Shown one piece after another: positions 26,051-41,549 of a DNA stretch of 64,000 bases; the first letter of the stretch is position 1; each line of letters starts with the position of its first letter. The translations under genes and the position numbers were made by a program. Origin of the DNA: Nageia nagi (lineage: Eukaryota > Plantae > Pinophyta); NCBI GenBank assembly GCA_050084985.1, contig JBITNC010000001.1, positions 146,692,001 through 146,756,000 on the forward strand. The letters run 5' to 3'. The notes under the pieces were generated by a model, which was not told the DNA's origin, did not search any database, and saw nothing but the letters and a program-made list of their open reading frames with translations.

Positions 26051-27339
26051 AGCATAGAGATCTCATCTAAATGCCTCTCATCCTCCATAATCTTAGCTTA
26101 TCATAAATTACTTCACCAGTTATGATAGATCAAAGGTAGATATAGATGTTGGTAAAAAATGATAAGAGTCAAATCATTATACACCAGTAGAGTAACTAGA
26201 TAACGTACTAATGGAACTTTGAGAATCAAGACTACTAATTGACAAAGATAAATCAATGATTTTTCAAGAATTTCTTCATTATTTTATAATTTTAGAAGAG
26301 ATTAATTTTGTATGATTTCTCATATTTGCATAACATCTTTTACACTCTTCGTATTTCATTTTTGTTTTCTTTTGGTTGGGCACTTTTAGCCCACCTACTT
26401 ATAGTTTTCACTTTCTTATTTTTTCAATCACTTAGATCAGTTTTGGCCCATCATAAACATTAATAATATTTTATTTCATTTTATTTGATTTCATTTCTCA
26501 CTACATTCTTTAACCATGTCTCTGTAGCTATGTTCACATTATGTTAAGTTAAAAGAAATTTTAAGATATGCTAATTCTATAAGATTTTAAAATAAGATAA
26601 TCAAGAAAGTGATCTAAATAATATTAATGAGTAAATAAGAAAAGCCATAAATATAAATAATACCTTTCATGATAAATTATGGTAAATGATGTAATTGGTA
26701 TGATCAATTATGTATAATATGCTATCAAAATAAAAAACCTAGCATGCAATTGGCCTGAGTATGCAACTATATATGAAGTGCTATGTAAGAAAATTAACTA
26801 GAAAGGATACAACTCCTCTCAAAATACTCTAAGATTATACCTACACTTGAAAATAATATGAAAACATAAGCATAAATGTACATAATATTATAATTGATAT
26901 AATTATACCTCAATCTATCATAAATTAGGATGAGATCATAATGTTGAATTGTTATAATGATGGACTTCTCTAAAACCATAGAAAAATGCTCAAAGACTAT
27001 GCTTAATATTTGGATTTCAATGTTCAATACTCAAAAAATGCTAAAAATGCTTGAATAATAATAATTCATTGGTTCAAATGATATTCAAATTTGCTTTTTA
27101 TAAACATATATTTTAGTATTGATTAGCTAACTATCCCTCTACAGGATTAGTAAGTTGAATACCTATTCGATAGGATGACTATTTTGATTTTTTTTTCTTG
27201 TGTTTATGATTTTGCTAATTTGATAAAATACTATTCAAATAATATAATTTTGGGATGTATACACCTATGATCATATGGGAACCTATATGATATGAAGTAT
27301 CAAACTAATAAATTCTAAGACTTATCATTTTTCTATGAG

Positions 27340-27722
27340 TTTTATACCCCTAAGCTCTTTAGGATGAAATAAACATCCCATACAACATATGATGTATAAC
27401 ATCCCATATTTATAGATGATATTATGTATACACCTTTTATAACTTAGTATTTATATGCCTCCTAAGCTCTTTAGGATAAAATAAACATCTCGTACAACAT
27501 ATGATGTGTAACATCCCATACTTATAGATGATATGATGTATACACCTTTTACAATTTAGTAGTTTTATTCCCCTAAGCTCTTTAGGATGAAATAAACATC
27601 CCATCAACATATGATGTTATAATATACCATACTTATAGATGATATTATGTATACACCTTTAACAATTTATTAGTTTTATTCCTCCTAAGCTCTTTAGGAT
27701 AAAATAAACATCCCATACAACA
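27340..27722. repeat. ~112-bp tandem repeat, ~3.4 units
   Basis: CCTAAGCTCTTTAGGAT(G/A)AAATAAACATC recurs at ~27349, 27461, 27572 and 27684, and the intervening sequence is also conserved. Confidence 0.95.
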
Positions 27723-27759
27723 TTATGAATTTTTTTTACAATGGTAGGAATTTACCTAA

Positions 27760-28330
27760 AGAATATGTCAAAGAAACATCTTAAGCTTGTGAAAGGTAAT
27801 CTACGAGGGAACCTAGCACAAAGAGTAATATAAATACATGGTTATTGGGATCTTTAAGAAAACTTTGTATTTGCCTATAGAGAAAATTTTATAGTATTAT
27901 ACCAAGTCAACTTCTTCTCCAAATTTTGAATGATAAAATCCTAAAGCTATGAGGTTGAACTTTGGAAAGTGAATGAGATCTGAATAAATTTAAATATTTC
28001 TTTAGGCCTAGTATATTTTCATTACAACTAAGATAGATAGTCCTACATAATAAGGAAGGATCGACTATAATAAGATATTTTTCTCAATTGGATACTAGAA
28101 CCCAAAGCCTTACAAAAGGTTTCTAGGCTCATTAGAGAATATTTAAAGGCCTTATATGATTATCAAGAAGGAATCATTAGTAAAATAATTATTTATAAGT
28201 TATATCCCTTATTACTAAGAGGTGAAATATCCTTTATGATACCTTGGATGTTTTGTAATGTGTAATCTATCTTAGACTTATAAAAGTAATATTTTACCTA
28301 ATAATAGGTGAATACAATTGTAAAACTTCT
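27760..28330 (+). mobile_element. Probable Ty3/gypsy RT-connection remnant
   Basis: Weak motifs in the expected order: FVFAY (Y.DD region, ~27865), then NW...KALQ/RFLG (~28085-28130). Confidence 0.35.
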
Positions 28331-28459
28331 TAAGGAAGTGAGATAGATAAATAAATAGGTAGTTATATTACGTTAAATACATATATAATATAATAAATTA
28401 GCTTATATTTATTAAAAATTAACTTGATCTCATGGCATCTATTCTAAAAGCATCAATTC

Positions 28460-31400
28460 TTATTCCAACACCAATGCTCTTATTCGACACTTAGCATAAA
28501 CACTCTTATTAGAGTCAGCATTATAGTTCTTATAAAAATTATTCTTGAGGTGTTACTTATAAATTCTTTTATCACTAAAATTTACTTGTAATGTGAAAAT
28601 CCTACTTGTAATCAATCCCTCATGAATCATAAGGTTCAAGTAAAATTAGGATAGTTATTCATTATTTTTCTTATTAATTATTGTATTATATGCCTATTGA
28701 GTTATTGTAGGTTGTAGCTTTAAGTTTTCTTTTATTTTCTCCATTATTGTATCATAGTTGGGGTTGTATTTCCTCTATTCGTAATCTCCTTATTTTAGTT
28801 AAGATAGTTCATATATTCCTCTCCAATGTTGATGTTAAATTTATGAATAATATATTCATTTAGTTTATTCATATCTTGAATATTGATATTGTTTGAGTTT
28901 ATATTATAAACCTTGTTTGAGTATCAAAACTAGTTCTCTTATAAGGTTTGAATTTTTTGATCTTAATAGCATTTTACTAAGTTATTTTTTATATTGTTGC
29001 TTATGCTATTATGGAAAGAAATTATACAAAACATCTTTCCATTCCATAGATTGATATAGGAACTTATCAGTGTTAGAGTATTAAGATGAAAACTTTGTAG
29101 ATGGAAAAAAATTAATGGAATGTTATGGAGGATGGATATCTTGAACTGGTAGCTTAGAATTACAAATAGATGATGCTAAATAAATAAAGAGTGAAGAGAA
29201 AAATAAGAACTATCTAACACTCTACCATCTTTATTTAGCTCTAGATAAGAGCACATTTCCAAGGATTACAAGCTATAAGTTAGCTACTAAAGCTTGGAAA
29301 GCATTACAAGGAGGTTACAAGGTAGTAACTAAGTAAAAGAGATCATGTTGCAAATCTTGATAAGGGAGTTGAGAACTTCAGGATGAAATAGAATAAAGTA
29401 TCTAAATATTACTTTATTAGAGTGATTATAGTTTTTAATAAGATGGCCACTCTTAGAAATAAAATTAAAAATACTATAATAATCAAAAGGATTTTGAAAA
29501 CACTCACTTCTAAGTGGGATAACATAAATATTATCACTAAGGAAAATAAAATTTTGACCATGGTTAAATTAAATCATCTCACTAGCTCTCTCATGTCCAT
29601 GAGGAGACAGTATAGGGCATTGCAAGTGAAATAAATAAAGAAACAATTATTCTAGCATCAATATTGGGGCTAGTATTAACACTGAGAAAATAACATAAAA
29701 ATGGTCGAGTAAGAAGCGAAAAATCCTCCAAATAAAGATGTGGATAATGTTAAGGTGGTTTTTCTCATTGTTGAGGATGAGAAAGAGTTAACAAGAAAAA
29801 TATACAATGTTACCACTACAATACATTTGGTCATTTTGAGAGGGAGTGTAGACTCAAACAAGGCAATGAAGGGAGGTATAAAAAACTATGGAGAGGAAAA
29901 GGCTCCTATTGAACAAATGTATTTCTATCTTGTAATCAAGATGAGAAGAACTGTAAGAGACTTTCTTTCTTGATACAAGGTGTTCAAACTATATGACTAA
30001 CAACAGGGAGATTTTCACTTCCTTAGACCACTCCTACGAGTATAACATTAGGCTTGGTGATAAAAAATACTTGACTTTTATAGAAAAGGATGTAATAGAA
30101 CTGGAAACTAATGAAAGAAATAAGAAGGTAAATGATATTTATTATAGTTCAATTATGAAGCATAATTTATTGAGTATAGGAAAAAATCTTAGAGAGGAAC
30201 TATAAATTGGTTTTTGAGGATGGAAATTATACCATTTATAGTAAGAATAATGGGAATAAGCTAGTCACTACTATTCCCATGAAAAAGAATAGGTTGCTTC
30301 CCTTAAATTATGGAGTTGAAAGGGAAACCTTGTAAATATGGTTGCATGTGGAATTATAGTTAAAAAAATAAAATTGATTATTGCATAACAGATTTGGCCA
30401 CTTGAACTATGGGTGCATGAAATTGTTAACATCTCATTAGATAATGTGTGGTTTTTCTAAATTGAAGTACTCAAAAGTTATTTGCAAAGGGTGTTCCTTT
30501 GAGAAGCATGTTAGGAAGAGATTTACTAAAGGGAAGCATATAAGGCCTAATACCTATTACAGGTAATTCACTTAGATATTTGTAGGCCTATGCAAACTCA
30601 GAGTTTAGGTAGGAACTCTTACAAGTTTCTTACCTTCATTGATATTAACTCTCAAATATGTTGGGTCTTCCTCCATAAATATAAAGATGAAGTATTTCAA
30701 CATTTCAAAATTTCAAAAATTTATAGAGAATTGATATATATAATTAAATATTTGATTACTGACCATGATAAAGAGTTTTTCTCCAATGACCTTTATATCA
30801 AGAAAGAAGGTAATGAAATCTAATTATGGTTTCAATACAAATGACTTGATTTATATAGGGTGGAATCTCTATTTTGAATGAGAGATTCAAGGCTCATATA
30901 ATCTAAGAGTTTTGAATGAACAATTTTGGTATAATACACTATTTTATTGCTAAATAGGTATATCAAAATAATGGTATAATCTTTATTTATTAAATAAAAT
31001 ATGCAACTGATTTGCTATCAAAGACATATGGGATGGAAAGTTGTAAATTAATTCCTACACTTGTTGTCATTTTGTACTATGTGTAAAGATGATGGGGATA
31101 AGAAACTAATTTTAAAGGAATTTAGGAGAATTATTTGAATCCTTATGTTTCTTACCAATATAGGATCGAATATTGCTTATGTTCTCTAAATGGTTTCAAG
31201 CTATATGAGTGATCCATATTTATTGCATTTGAAGGTTGTAAAGAATATTCTAAGGTTTTTGAAGATTAATATTAATTATGGGATGATTAATTTCATTTGA
31301 GATAATGGAGGTATTTGATTTTAGTGATCAGATTGGGGAAAAAGTTTAGATGATGAATATTTAATTCTGGTAAATAGTTTTTATTAGGAACTAAACTGAT

Positions 31401-32267
31401 CACATGGAGCTAAAAGAAGCAAGGATCAATGGCACTATCCTCAATTGAAGCAAAATATATAATACTCACTTTCATAGGTCTTAAGCATTATGGATTCAAG
31501 AGATTTTGGGGGAGATAAATCATAAGCAAGATAAACCTACTTTACTATTTTGTGAAAACTTCAGTACCATTCACTTGGCACAACATCTAGTCCATCATAG
31601 TAGATCAAGTATTTGAATTTAAATATCATTTTATTCATGATATGGTGGAGAATATACTAATTAAACTAAGATATTTACACTTATAATCAACTAGTAGATG
31701 CATTTATAAAAGAAATGGCTAAATATGATTTTTTGAAGTGGAGAAACTCCCTTATGATTCTAGTTAGCATTAAGGAGTATTTATAAAAGGAGTCACTAAA
31801 TATCATTTTTTAAAGTTAAAAAAATCACTTTTGAACCAATGCCAATGCTCCTATCTAACACTTAGCATCTATGGTATAGTTCTTATTAAATGCTTCTTGA
31901 GGTGTTACTTATAATTTTTTTTGTAATTGTAATTTATATGTAATGTGAGAATCCTACTTGTAACTGATTGCTCATGAATATTAGGGTTGAGGTAGACTTA
32001 GGATAGTTATTCATTCTTTTGATTATTGATTATCATATTGGATGAGTATTGAGCTATTGTATGCTTTAGCTTTAAGTTTTTCTTTTATTTTCTCCACTAC
32101 TATATCACAATTTTGGCTGCATTGCCACTATTTGTAATCTCCTTATTTTAGTTAATATAGTTCATATATTCACCTCTATTATTTATTATATTTATGAAGG
32201 ATAGTTCTATTTAGTTTTCTTCATATCTTCAATATTGATGTTGTTTGAGTTTATATTATAAACCTCA
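28460..32267 (+). mobile_element. Decayed Ty1/copia LTR retrotransposon (copia-a) with internal integrase-to-RT deletion
   Basis: 5' LTR ~28460-28912 with a decayed PBS. Gag (LYLALDKSTFPRI), zinc knuckle IQCYHYNTFGHFERECR (~29800), protease FLDTRCSNYMT, HNRFGHLNY, integrase IHLDICRPMQTQSLGRNSYKFLTFID, RT, and RNase H KKQGSMALSSIEAKYI. 3' LTR ~31778-32267 ends AACCTCA. Confidence 0.9.
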
Positions 32268-35200
32268 ATATTTAGTAATTTAAGTATTTATATTATAAAT
32301 TACATATATAATATTGGTACTATAGGATATATTAAATATAGTGTATAATAATAAAATAGACATACTTATGTTATTATGTGTTGAATAATATTTTATTTAT
32401 TATTAAATAATACATTAACTAGATTATTGCATCTTATTTGAATTGAGTAAAACTGGGTGAGTTAGCTTTGAGATTCTTGTTGATGGTAATGTGATAGGCT
32501 TGCATATGTTTGTGTGTAGCATACCTAAGGTGGATTTTGGCATATGTGTGGTGGCACATAGCATGAAAAGTGGCATGTTATTATAGTGGTGAAACTATTA
32601 ACTTAGAGTTCATGAGACACTCATCTCATGCTCTCTAAGTAGTAGTTATAATAATGTAGGATAAATTTCTAATTAAGTTATATTGAAATTAATCCATTCT
32701 TCTCTTCCTATAGATTGCATAAATGTTAAGAAAATTATTATAATATTGGTTTGTATCATTATGAAAATTATTATTATAAGAAGTTATATATATTGTGAAT
32801 GTGTTCAAAACTTATGGTTTGCTATCATTCTTTTATTTTCAAAAAGTAGGTTTTATCTTATTATCTTGATTTGTTGATGTAATATTACTTCTATAATATT
32901 ATTATTTTTATTACTTCTTTACAATATATAACTTATTAAATACCTCAAAAATAGGACTAATTTAATTAGGCAAAAAGAATGTAAAATAATGCTCCTTGAC
33001 TTAAATAGGAAGAGAGACTCTTTTCTTCATGTAAATCTACACCCAAGCTTGAGAATAACAAAAATGAAATAATAAAATATAGATTGGTAGGTATTTTTCT
33101 AATGCTCTACTCATTTATTTATAACTAAAGGGTTCAAGTGTGTCCAAATGGATGTCTCCTCACACCTTTAATAAGTTTTGTGGTAGGTTTGCTTTAATTT
33201 ATTGATGATTGAAATGGTATTAATACTTTGAAATCTTTTTTATTAACTACAAATTACTGCCAACCTATTATCCACACCTAACACAAAAAAATAAAACTAA
33301 GTAGGGTTATTACTCCATTATTTTCCTACCCATTAAATATCTTGTAATACCATAAGGGAGACCTTAGTCTCTATTTAATAGTGTTTTAACTATTAGCCCT
33401 ATGTGGTAATAATATAGACACTCATATTCAACTTTTACCCCATTAAATTTATGTTTCTAACCTTATATAAATTTTTAGATTTAAATAAGGTATATTTGTT
33501 TTTCCCTTCATTTCAAAATTTGAATTTAAAAAATACCAAAAAAGGGAAAGCACATCTTTACTTACAACAGTCACCTCATCCTATAGGACAAGATTAATCC
33601 ACATACATTATCAAACATAATTTCATCAAAAAATTGATAGTCATAACAATTATTCTATATGCAACTAAATGATTTATGATAGTCATAGGGTGTGTTAGCT
33701 ATTCAATGCTAATCATTTTCTCCTCTTACCCTTTCATTCCCATCACTAATTCACCTTTAGTTTGTTGGGTCTTCAATTTCTCCTTTCATCTTGCAGTAAC
33801 TTGTTACTTGCATCATAAAATCTTGAAGCTAGCATTAACTCGATACTAATAATACACATTTCCACTAAAATTGATAATCACATAGCAATAATTTAAACAT
33901 AGTTTCATTCACATCCTTGATGGTGCTCAAGGTCAACTAGTGCCATTGGGTGGGTCATTACATACTTTCCTCCTTAGGAGTAACATAATCCTTTGTTTCT
34001 TTTCCTATTAATTTCTTGAGAGCACAATTCATGGTACTCCAAATTCATACACCTAATTTGACATTTTCAAGGGATGTTAAGATGAACCAACTTGAGTTAG
34101 GATTAATGGTTAGTTGACCCTCAAGTGGGTTAAGTTCATCAACTACTAGAATTGATCAACCCCTTCATTTTTGGATTTCACCACCATAACCATCTACAAA
34201 TTAGGTTGAATGTAATAACATGATCTCACCATTGCTATCTACTAACTAGTCAATTACAATAGCCTATTTGATCATAGGGTTAGTATTTTAGTTTCATCTT
34301 GGGCTCAATCACCCAAGATAATGCTAATCCAAAATGAGGTCATACACACATGACATATTTTCCACTAAACCATGGATAAAGCACATCACCCCTAGAATAA
34401 CCATCATTCCCAATCATTAATCCCTGAAAAGAAATGATTGAAACTTATACCTCATCTGTTATAGTAATATATCTTAATTACTACCTCTTTTCCTAAGGTA
34501 GGATAACTAACCTTACCATAACTTTTGGTTAGTATCCCCAGTGGTTTAAGCTCCCATGCCCATATCTTGGGAACCCAAATGTCTTTTAGAACTAATAAAT
34601 TCCATATCACAATGTTTATCATCATTTCAATAGATCCTCACTTGATATTTTGAAACATATATGTTATCTCACCCTTATTCAATGTGAGATTTACACCAAA
34701 TTATTATTGATTAGGATCTCAAGCACATAATATTTGAATCAAACACATAGATTCATATCCTTTTATTTTTCATTCAAAATAAGTATCATCAATAATAGTA
34801 TTTCAAAGAGTCATTTTTTCAAAATAAAATGAACAATTAATTCAAACAAATAATTATTGTTCTTAAAAATAATAATAACATAGTCATCATCAAGAATATA
34901 ACCCTAGTTGAAAATTACATTTATCTCAAGTTGAGATAAAAGTCGAGCTTGCTTCTAAAATTCTTGTCAAAATTCAATTTATTTCAAATATATATTGAAC
35001 AAGTTAAATTTTTTTTACAATGACCAACTAAACTTGCTTGATCATCAACATAATCATTTCATGATTAAAAGTATCTCTTTAAATCCAAATAGATTCTCTT
35101 CATTTTGCTTCGATGATCAATTATTGCATAGAAATGCACTTTCAATGTCATGAAAAATTTCTTTGCTGACCTATCTTTATAAGGTTTGTATATAAATAAA

Positions 35201-38200
35201 TAATTCATTAAAGATTTCACTTAAAGCTTTATAGCAAACCCAAAAGATAAGCAAATAATCATTAGCATTTTAGAAATTTTTCTACTTTTCACATTTTTGA
35301 AAATGCATATGAAAGTAAAAATTATTTGTAGTACTCATGATCAATAATCATTTATTTAAATCAATTAATAGTTAAAAAAATAGAGACTTTCTCCCATTTT
35401 ACTCTCCATTAGAGATACATTTTCACCCTTATCATCAGGTGACTTCGATGTTACATGAATGCCATGTTGAAACAATAATTTTTCATACCTTTGTGCCTAC
35501 ATTTTCCACTTTTTTGTTTCTTATAGAGAGGCACTAAGGTGTGCAAATGCTTATTCTTGTACACTTTGAATTTTATGAATAAGATTTCATTCTTATTCAA
35601 TGAGCTTAATCATTAACTTATTTCCCACTAAACAAGTGGTATTATAAATTTTTTCACATTCCTTATGCTCCTAGCAAAGATGCTTTATCCGTTCTTTGAT
35701 ATTTTTCAACTATTACCATAGATATTCATTCTCTACAATAGCCCACATTATCATTCTTAACAATTTTTTTCACTATAATTTCATAAGTAAAGTCATCTAA
35801 GAATTATTAACCCCTTTTTGTTGGGATGTCACATTGTACATATAAAGGTAGTGTCATATCGTGCATTTATTTGACATAATATCTTTCAATAATTTCCTTA
35901 GTATCTTTTTAGATATGCTTTAGAGAGTATGAATTCTCACCATCTATAATTCTTCAATGGATATTTAATGTGAATTCTCCCTTCATCCACTCATTGAGTG
36001 TTTTTGTACACCATTTATCATTTATTAGTTATCTCATATCTAGGTAGATGTTATTTTTATAGGTAGGATTTCTTGATTTTAGATGCATTGAAAAATGAAT
36101 CATGGTGAATCATAGGAGATATCATCTTGCTGCATGCTTGCTACTCTTCTAAATGGAATTAAAAAAATATTATTCATTATGGGATTTATAATTTCTTATC
36201 ATGATGTTCATTAGAGGCAATGGATTTTCATCTTCTTCAAGATCTAGCCATTATTCCCCTTTATCCACTAAACAACTGATTATTGTGTGATTACCCAACT
36301 TCAAACTAATGAACATTTGTTTCTTATATTCACTTATTTTCCTATCCTAGTCTCACTTGGAGGGTAATTTTACTTGTACCTTATAATGCACTATTGATAC
36401 AACTCTTGGCTTACATGGATCCATCTTCAATATCACCAGGAGGAAACTTAGGATCTCTTGTTGTCTCATGGATGCTTTGGCAACAAATTCTTCCTTGGGA
36501 AACTACATATTCATTTATAGTTTCTAAATAATAAGGAAATTAGGTTCTTTCTCATATATTTTTCTTATTTTATCATTTTTGAGCCATTTTGTGAAATTTA
36601 ATATCCTATATTCTGATCCCCTTGTATATAGCTTTTTGGATCAAGCTTTAGAATTATTCAATTTTCAATTATCTATTAATAGATTGTAGTATGTTGATTT
36701 GGAATCACCCGACTAAGATAACTAGCCATTGAGTTTGTTAATGGAAACTAATAATAAAGTTTAAATCTTTGCAATCTATCCACTCTTATTTGATAGTAAA
36801 ACTTTTTTATGTATTTCAAAAGAAAAGACTTCTTTTTCGAAAAGGGATAATGAACAATACATTAAGGAAGGATTTAGTATTATTTAGTACATAAAATGAT
36901 TTCCTCCATTCCTTTCATCCTCATTTACTAGTGGGATCTTCCTTATCAATCATTTCTATGGGCTCCTCATCAGATAATGACATTTTTTGACTCCTATATT
37001 GAAGGTAATTGATGATTTCATGAGTGAGGGTAGGAACATTTCTTCCATAGAAGAGAGAAAAATCTGATTTTACATTGGGTTTGATGATCATCATTTTATT
37101 TCCCTTTCTTGAAGTGGCTACTTCTTGTAGCTTTTTCTTTCCTTTTTCCTTCTATAAGTTTAAGAAACTTTCCAAGATGGTATCATCTTTTACTTCCACA
37201 AGGTCATTGGTAATTTCTTCCTTTACGTTCTATTGATTTTTCTAGATTTTGTTTTAGCTACCATATTGACAAAATATATATTTGTTAAGAGAAAACTTAG
37301 TTTTTATCAAAAGAAATATTTGTATTAGTGATTATGGTTAGCCTAAAAAAATATTATAATACCCCATTTTACATCAATTGTAATCAAAATTGGAAACAAG
37401 TTATTTTTCCAAAAGGTGTAGTGGGTTTTGTTTGTAGCTAATTCTTTACCCAAAGAGATTAAACTATGTATTTGATAAGACTATAGTTTTTATGTTACTA
37501 TTTGGTTGTTTATGCACTTTGCACCATTGGAAAGATCTATAATTTCTCTTTCCAATGGTATTTAACTTGTCTAAAGTAGAGTTGTTTACTTCTTATTGTA
37601 GGAATCTCAAAAACCCTTTCTAGTCTTTTCAAAACTATAAAAAGGGGCAAGTTGACATATTGAATTGATTATAACTTTTTTTGTATATACTTATTTTTGT
37701 AAGTATTGTATCATTTGAAAGTATGTTTTATATACTATTCAAAATGTAAATATATTTAAAAATAGAGTTTGAATATTTTCTTAAATCTGATCTACAAAAC
37801 TAGAGTATAGGAAGATTGTAAAAGAGAGCATTAAACCTTTTTATTAGTTGAAATAGTAACTTGCTTTTATTATTGTATTAAATGATAATATGGATACATA
37901 TATGCATTTATATGTCTGAATAAAGTATTTAGCATTATTAAATAATATGAAAACAACATAGGCAGACAAGATGCAATTATGTTGTTGAGATAGTAACTTG
38001 GATTACTAGTTGAAGACTTGCATTATTATTGAGAAAGTTGTATTATTGGTTGAAATACATTTATAATACCATACATATTGGATTATTTATACTGATTAAT
38101 TTTTTTATTTTTAAATAAGTGATTATATTATTATAGTATACATTGTAAACATTTAAAAGTTAATGTCTTGATAAAGACTTGCATACTATTGATGTTTGTT

Positions 38201-40500
38201 CATTTGTGATACTATCATGATATCTATGGTAGATATATGTTATGGGATACTTCCATATTGGATGGTATCTAAATATTTATAGATATGTAATGCATAGTAT
38301 ATTTGTTTAAGCTCTTCTCATATTATAGTGATGTACTCTATGTACTGATATGAGTTTAGCATTTTTACATCATTGTCTACTTACATGTAATTTATTTGTA
38401 GCAAATTGTATTAGTGATGCTTGTATCATAAAGATGATTTTGAGTATTGAGTAGGATATTGATATACCCTTGAATTGAGGGTTCTTTGAGTAAAATATCT
38501 CAAGATGGTATAACCTAGGATTAATGCAATGATTGAGTTGGCACAAGTTGTTTAATGTTGGTTATTATTATGACTTCTTAAGATAATAAAGCAAATTGAG
38601 ATGCCTCTAATGGTAACATAGTGAAGCTCATGGTATTAGCTTGATGCTTACACTTTGACTAGTTATAGGGTCTATATATGAATGATGATCTTTTGGTGCA
38701 TGGTGGATCATTTTGTGTTGGATCCTTAGTACTTGATGTTGCACTTGTAATGGATTGATGATACCTTGTATTGGTTTATCTCATTGGTTTTTTTTATGTG
38801 ATTGGGTAACTGTATATGGCATTTTATGCATTGTTGAAAATTGCCTTGAAATCTCTTTGATGTATGAGATCACATATTGTACAAAATCAACTATTTGGTT
38901 GGATGGTACATGGATAAGATCATGAAGATCTTGATTTAACTATAACTTAAGATTAAGGAAGTAAGTACATTTTTGTAGATTAGATTTGTAATATTTGTTA
39001 TGGTAATAATAAATATTATTAGGTAGCATAGCTACCAAGGGTTTACCTAAGTGAAAATGTCTAGGCTTTTTCCTAAGCTTAGCTCAAACTTTTGGTTTGG
39101 GAATGCCTTGATGATTGGATTATTTTGCTTCAATTTTTTTAAAATTGTATGATTATCATGATTAATGGATATGTATGAGTAAAATAAATGATTGTTTGGT
39201 TTCAATCAATATGAATGCATGGTAAATTTATGCTTTATGAGAAATAAATCAAACACAAATGAACCTTATCACCTAATGTTTGACTAAACTTTAGTGGTCC
39301 AATGAAACATTTTATGGTTGGAATTTTTAGTTTCTTACATTGGTATCAGAGCTTAAGTTAAAATACTTGGACCTATTGGGCTAACTAGCTTTTGTAAGTA
39401 TGTGACAGGTTTAGGTATTCTTGATGATGCATATAGGTATGAACATCATGAAAGAAGATTGATTATTTAAAAAATTAATTTTCATTCTTACTTTGACAAA
39501 TTTTACATGTGGAGTGATATTTACAATTACTTTTCTTAATTATTTAGCCATATTTTGACTAGATGCTAACTTTATGGTTATCCTTTCCTACATTGGAAAT
39601 GATTATTGTGAAATAATGTAATACATACTTATATGCTGATAGCCATGTTTGATGTTGAGAATATAGATACTTTGGATCTAAAGTACTTAAAGAAATAGGG
39701 CTATGCTAAAGATATTGCCATAAATTTTAAGATATAAGGATGTTATATTCTTGACATGTTGAACTGTTATTACTTGAAATTAATGGAAAAGTTGAGAGCT
39801 TGAATAACACTAAGATATTGAATTTAAGAATCTAAATTTGAGTAATTCTAAAATGTTGAATATTTGAGATGAACTAACATTTGATATCAACATTTCTATT
39901 AAAATAGCTTTTATCCTATGATTGCTTTAGCAAAAGAGGTTACAATGAATGTTCACATTTTTATGAAAGATTAGATGTAAATCATGACTTATGGTAATAT
40001 TTATTAGAGGAAACAATTAGATGTTATCAACATATAGTTTTAACAACATTTCAAGAAACATCATGGATAAAAGTATGAATTCTATTCTTTATAAGTGTTA
40101 ATTTTGTTATGAATGTTTAAACAAAATTAGTGTATTTACACTTATAAGTTAGATTTAGGTATTAAATTTGAACAGTATTTTGTTGATGCTTGTACATTTG
40201 TAAAAGCATTTTCCTCTTATCTTTTTGGATTATTTTAAAAATTGGATATATAAAATGATCATGGCTACTAGATGGTGTATGATATGATAATGTTAGTTTC
40301 CATATGACAAGAAAGCACTAGATGTTATCAAAACAAATATTAAGTATAAAGAATCTCACTAGAGTACACATTAAATGGGATATTTTTCATGAGAGGAATA
40401 GTGATACTTGTAGGTTTATAATTAAAGTAATAATGTTGATTTAAAAGCATTTCATCTAGGATTGATGATTGAGAATCAAAAGGATCGAATGTAGGATAAA
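28651..40500. repeat. ~11.9-kb block, direct copy at 44781-56598
   Basis: Constant offset of ~16.1 kb from ATAGTTATTC (28651/44781) to GTAGGATAA (40491/56590). Confidence 0.95.
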
Positions 40501-41450
40501 TGTTGATTTAAAAGCATTTGTATATAGGATCGATGATGAGATCAAAAGGATCAGATGTAGAGTTCATGGATGGTCATCACTAAAGATATAATTAATATCA
40601 CTATGGTTACATTGGGAATTTAGTGACTATATCACATAGAATTGATTTATTTCCTTTAAATTGGATTTACATAAGTAAAATTTTACTACCCATCTCATAC
40701 GATGATAGTGAAAAGTGGTAGTGATTGAAAATTTCACTTTTGAAAGTGTTCATGTGACAACACTTTGGACCATTAGTTTGGTTAAATATTCCAAAATATA
40801 ATAATTTTAATTAGGTAATGTATTGAATGAGGAGATTGAAACCTTGGTCAAAACAAGTAGAAAATGTTTTGAAATTTAAAGTTGAGAAAAGTTATTTTCT
40901 TGTGATAATAAATTTTCCTTGAGAAACCCTTTGCAGGTGGAAAAATGTATGTTATGAATTAAGGAATTTAACTTCTTTCTTGGAAGGAAATTTTATTCTT
41001 CTCTTAAAATATTATATGAGATTAAATTTGTCTAGTTTTGAACCAAATTTTTGTTTCTAAATAAGTGTATCATGGAAACCTTAATGTTAAAATTATTTTC
41101 CAACTAAGAAATTATTTTAAAACCCTAGGGAGAATTAGGTAAAATATTCTTGAACTAGGAGAATACAATGAGTTTTATTTTCTAATGTGTCTCTTGGAAG
41201 TGAAAATATGTGCTAAAAATCAAGTTTGTAACTCCTCTCTTTGTCAAAACATGTTTTGATTTATTCAAAAGAATTATTTGTCCAAGGAAAATAGTAAATT
41301 ATTGGAAGATAACTAATTGAATCCTTAGAATTTCATGGTTGAAATTGTTTAAGAACATGAAAGTTGAAATTTTAGCTAATATTTGAATTCCTTTAGATAA
41401 TTATGATAGAAATTTATATGCATTTTAGAAATACTATTTGGGCATATTAT
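39341..41450 (+). mobile_element. Decayed LTR element internal region (copia-c) starting at a perfect tRNA-iMet PBS
   Basis: TTACA-T-TGGTATCAGAGC at 39341-39352. A weak copia protease-like W..D...SFHMT lies near 40275-40305. The extent of the upstream LTR is not determined. Confidence 0.6.
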
Positions 41451-41549
41451 AAGCACCTAAGTCCTGTATTAAAAGAATCCTAATGTGAATCATTTCAAAT
41501 TTATTTGTGCAAAGCATTTTCTCATGTAGTTAATGAATAAAGGAATAAG

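Noticed and set aside
27340-27722. CRISPR-like array (palindromic repeat at regular spacing)
   Set aside because: The intervening sequences are near-identical rather than unique spacers, no cas genes are present, and the context is eukaryotic.
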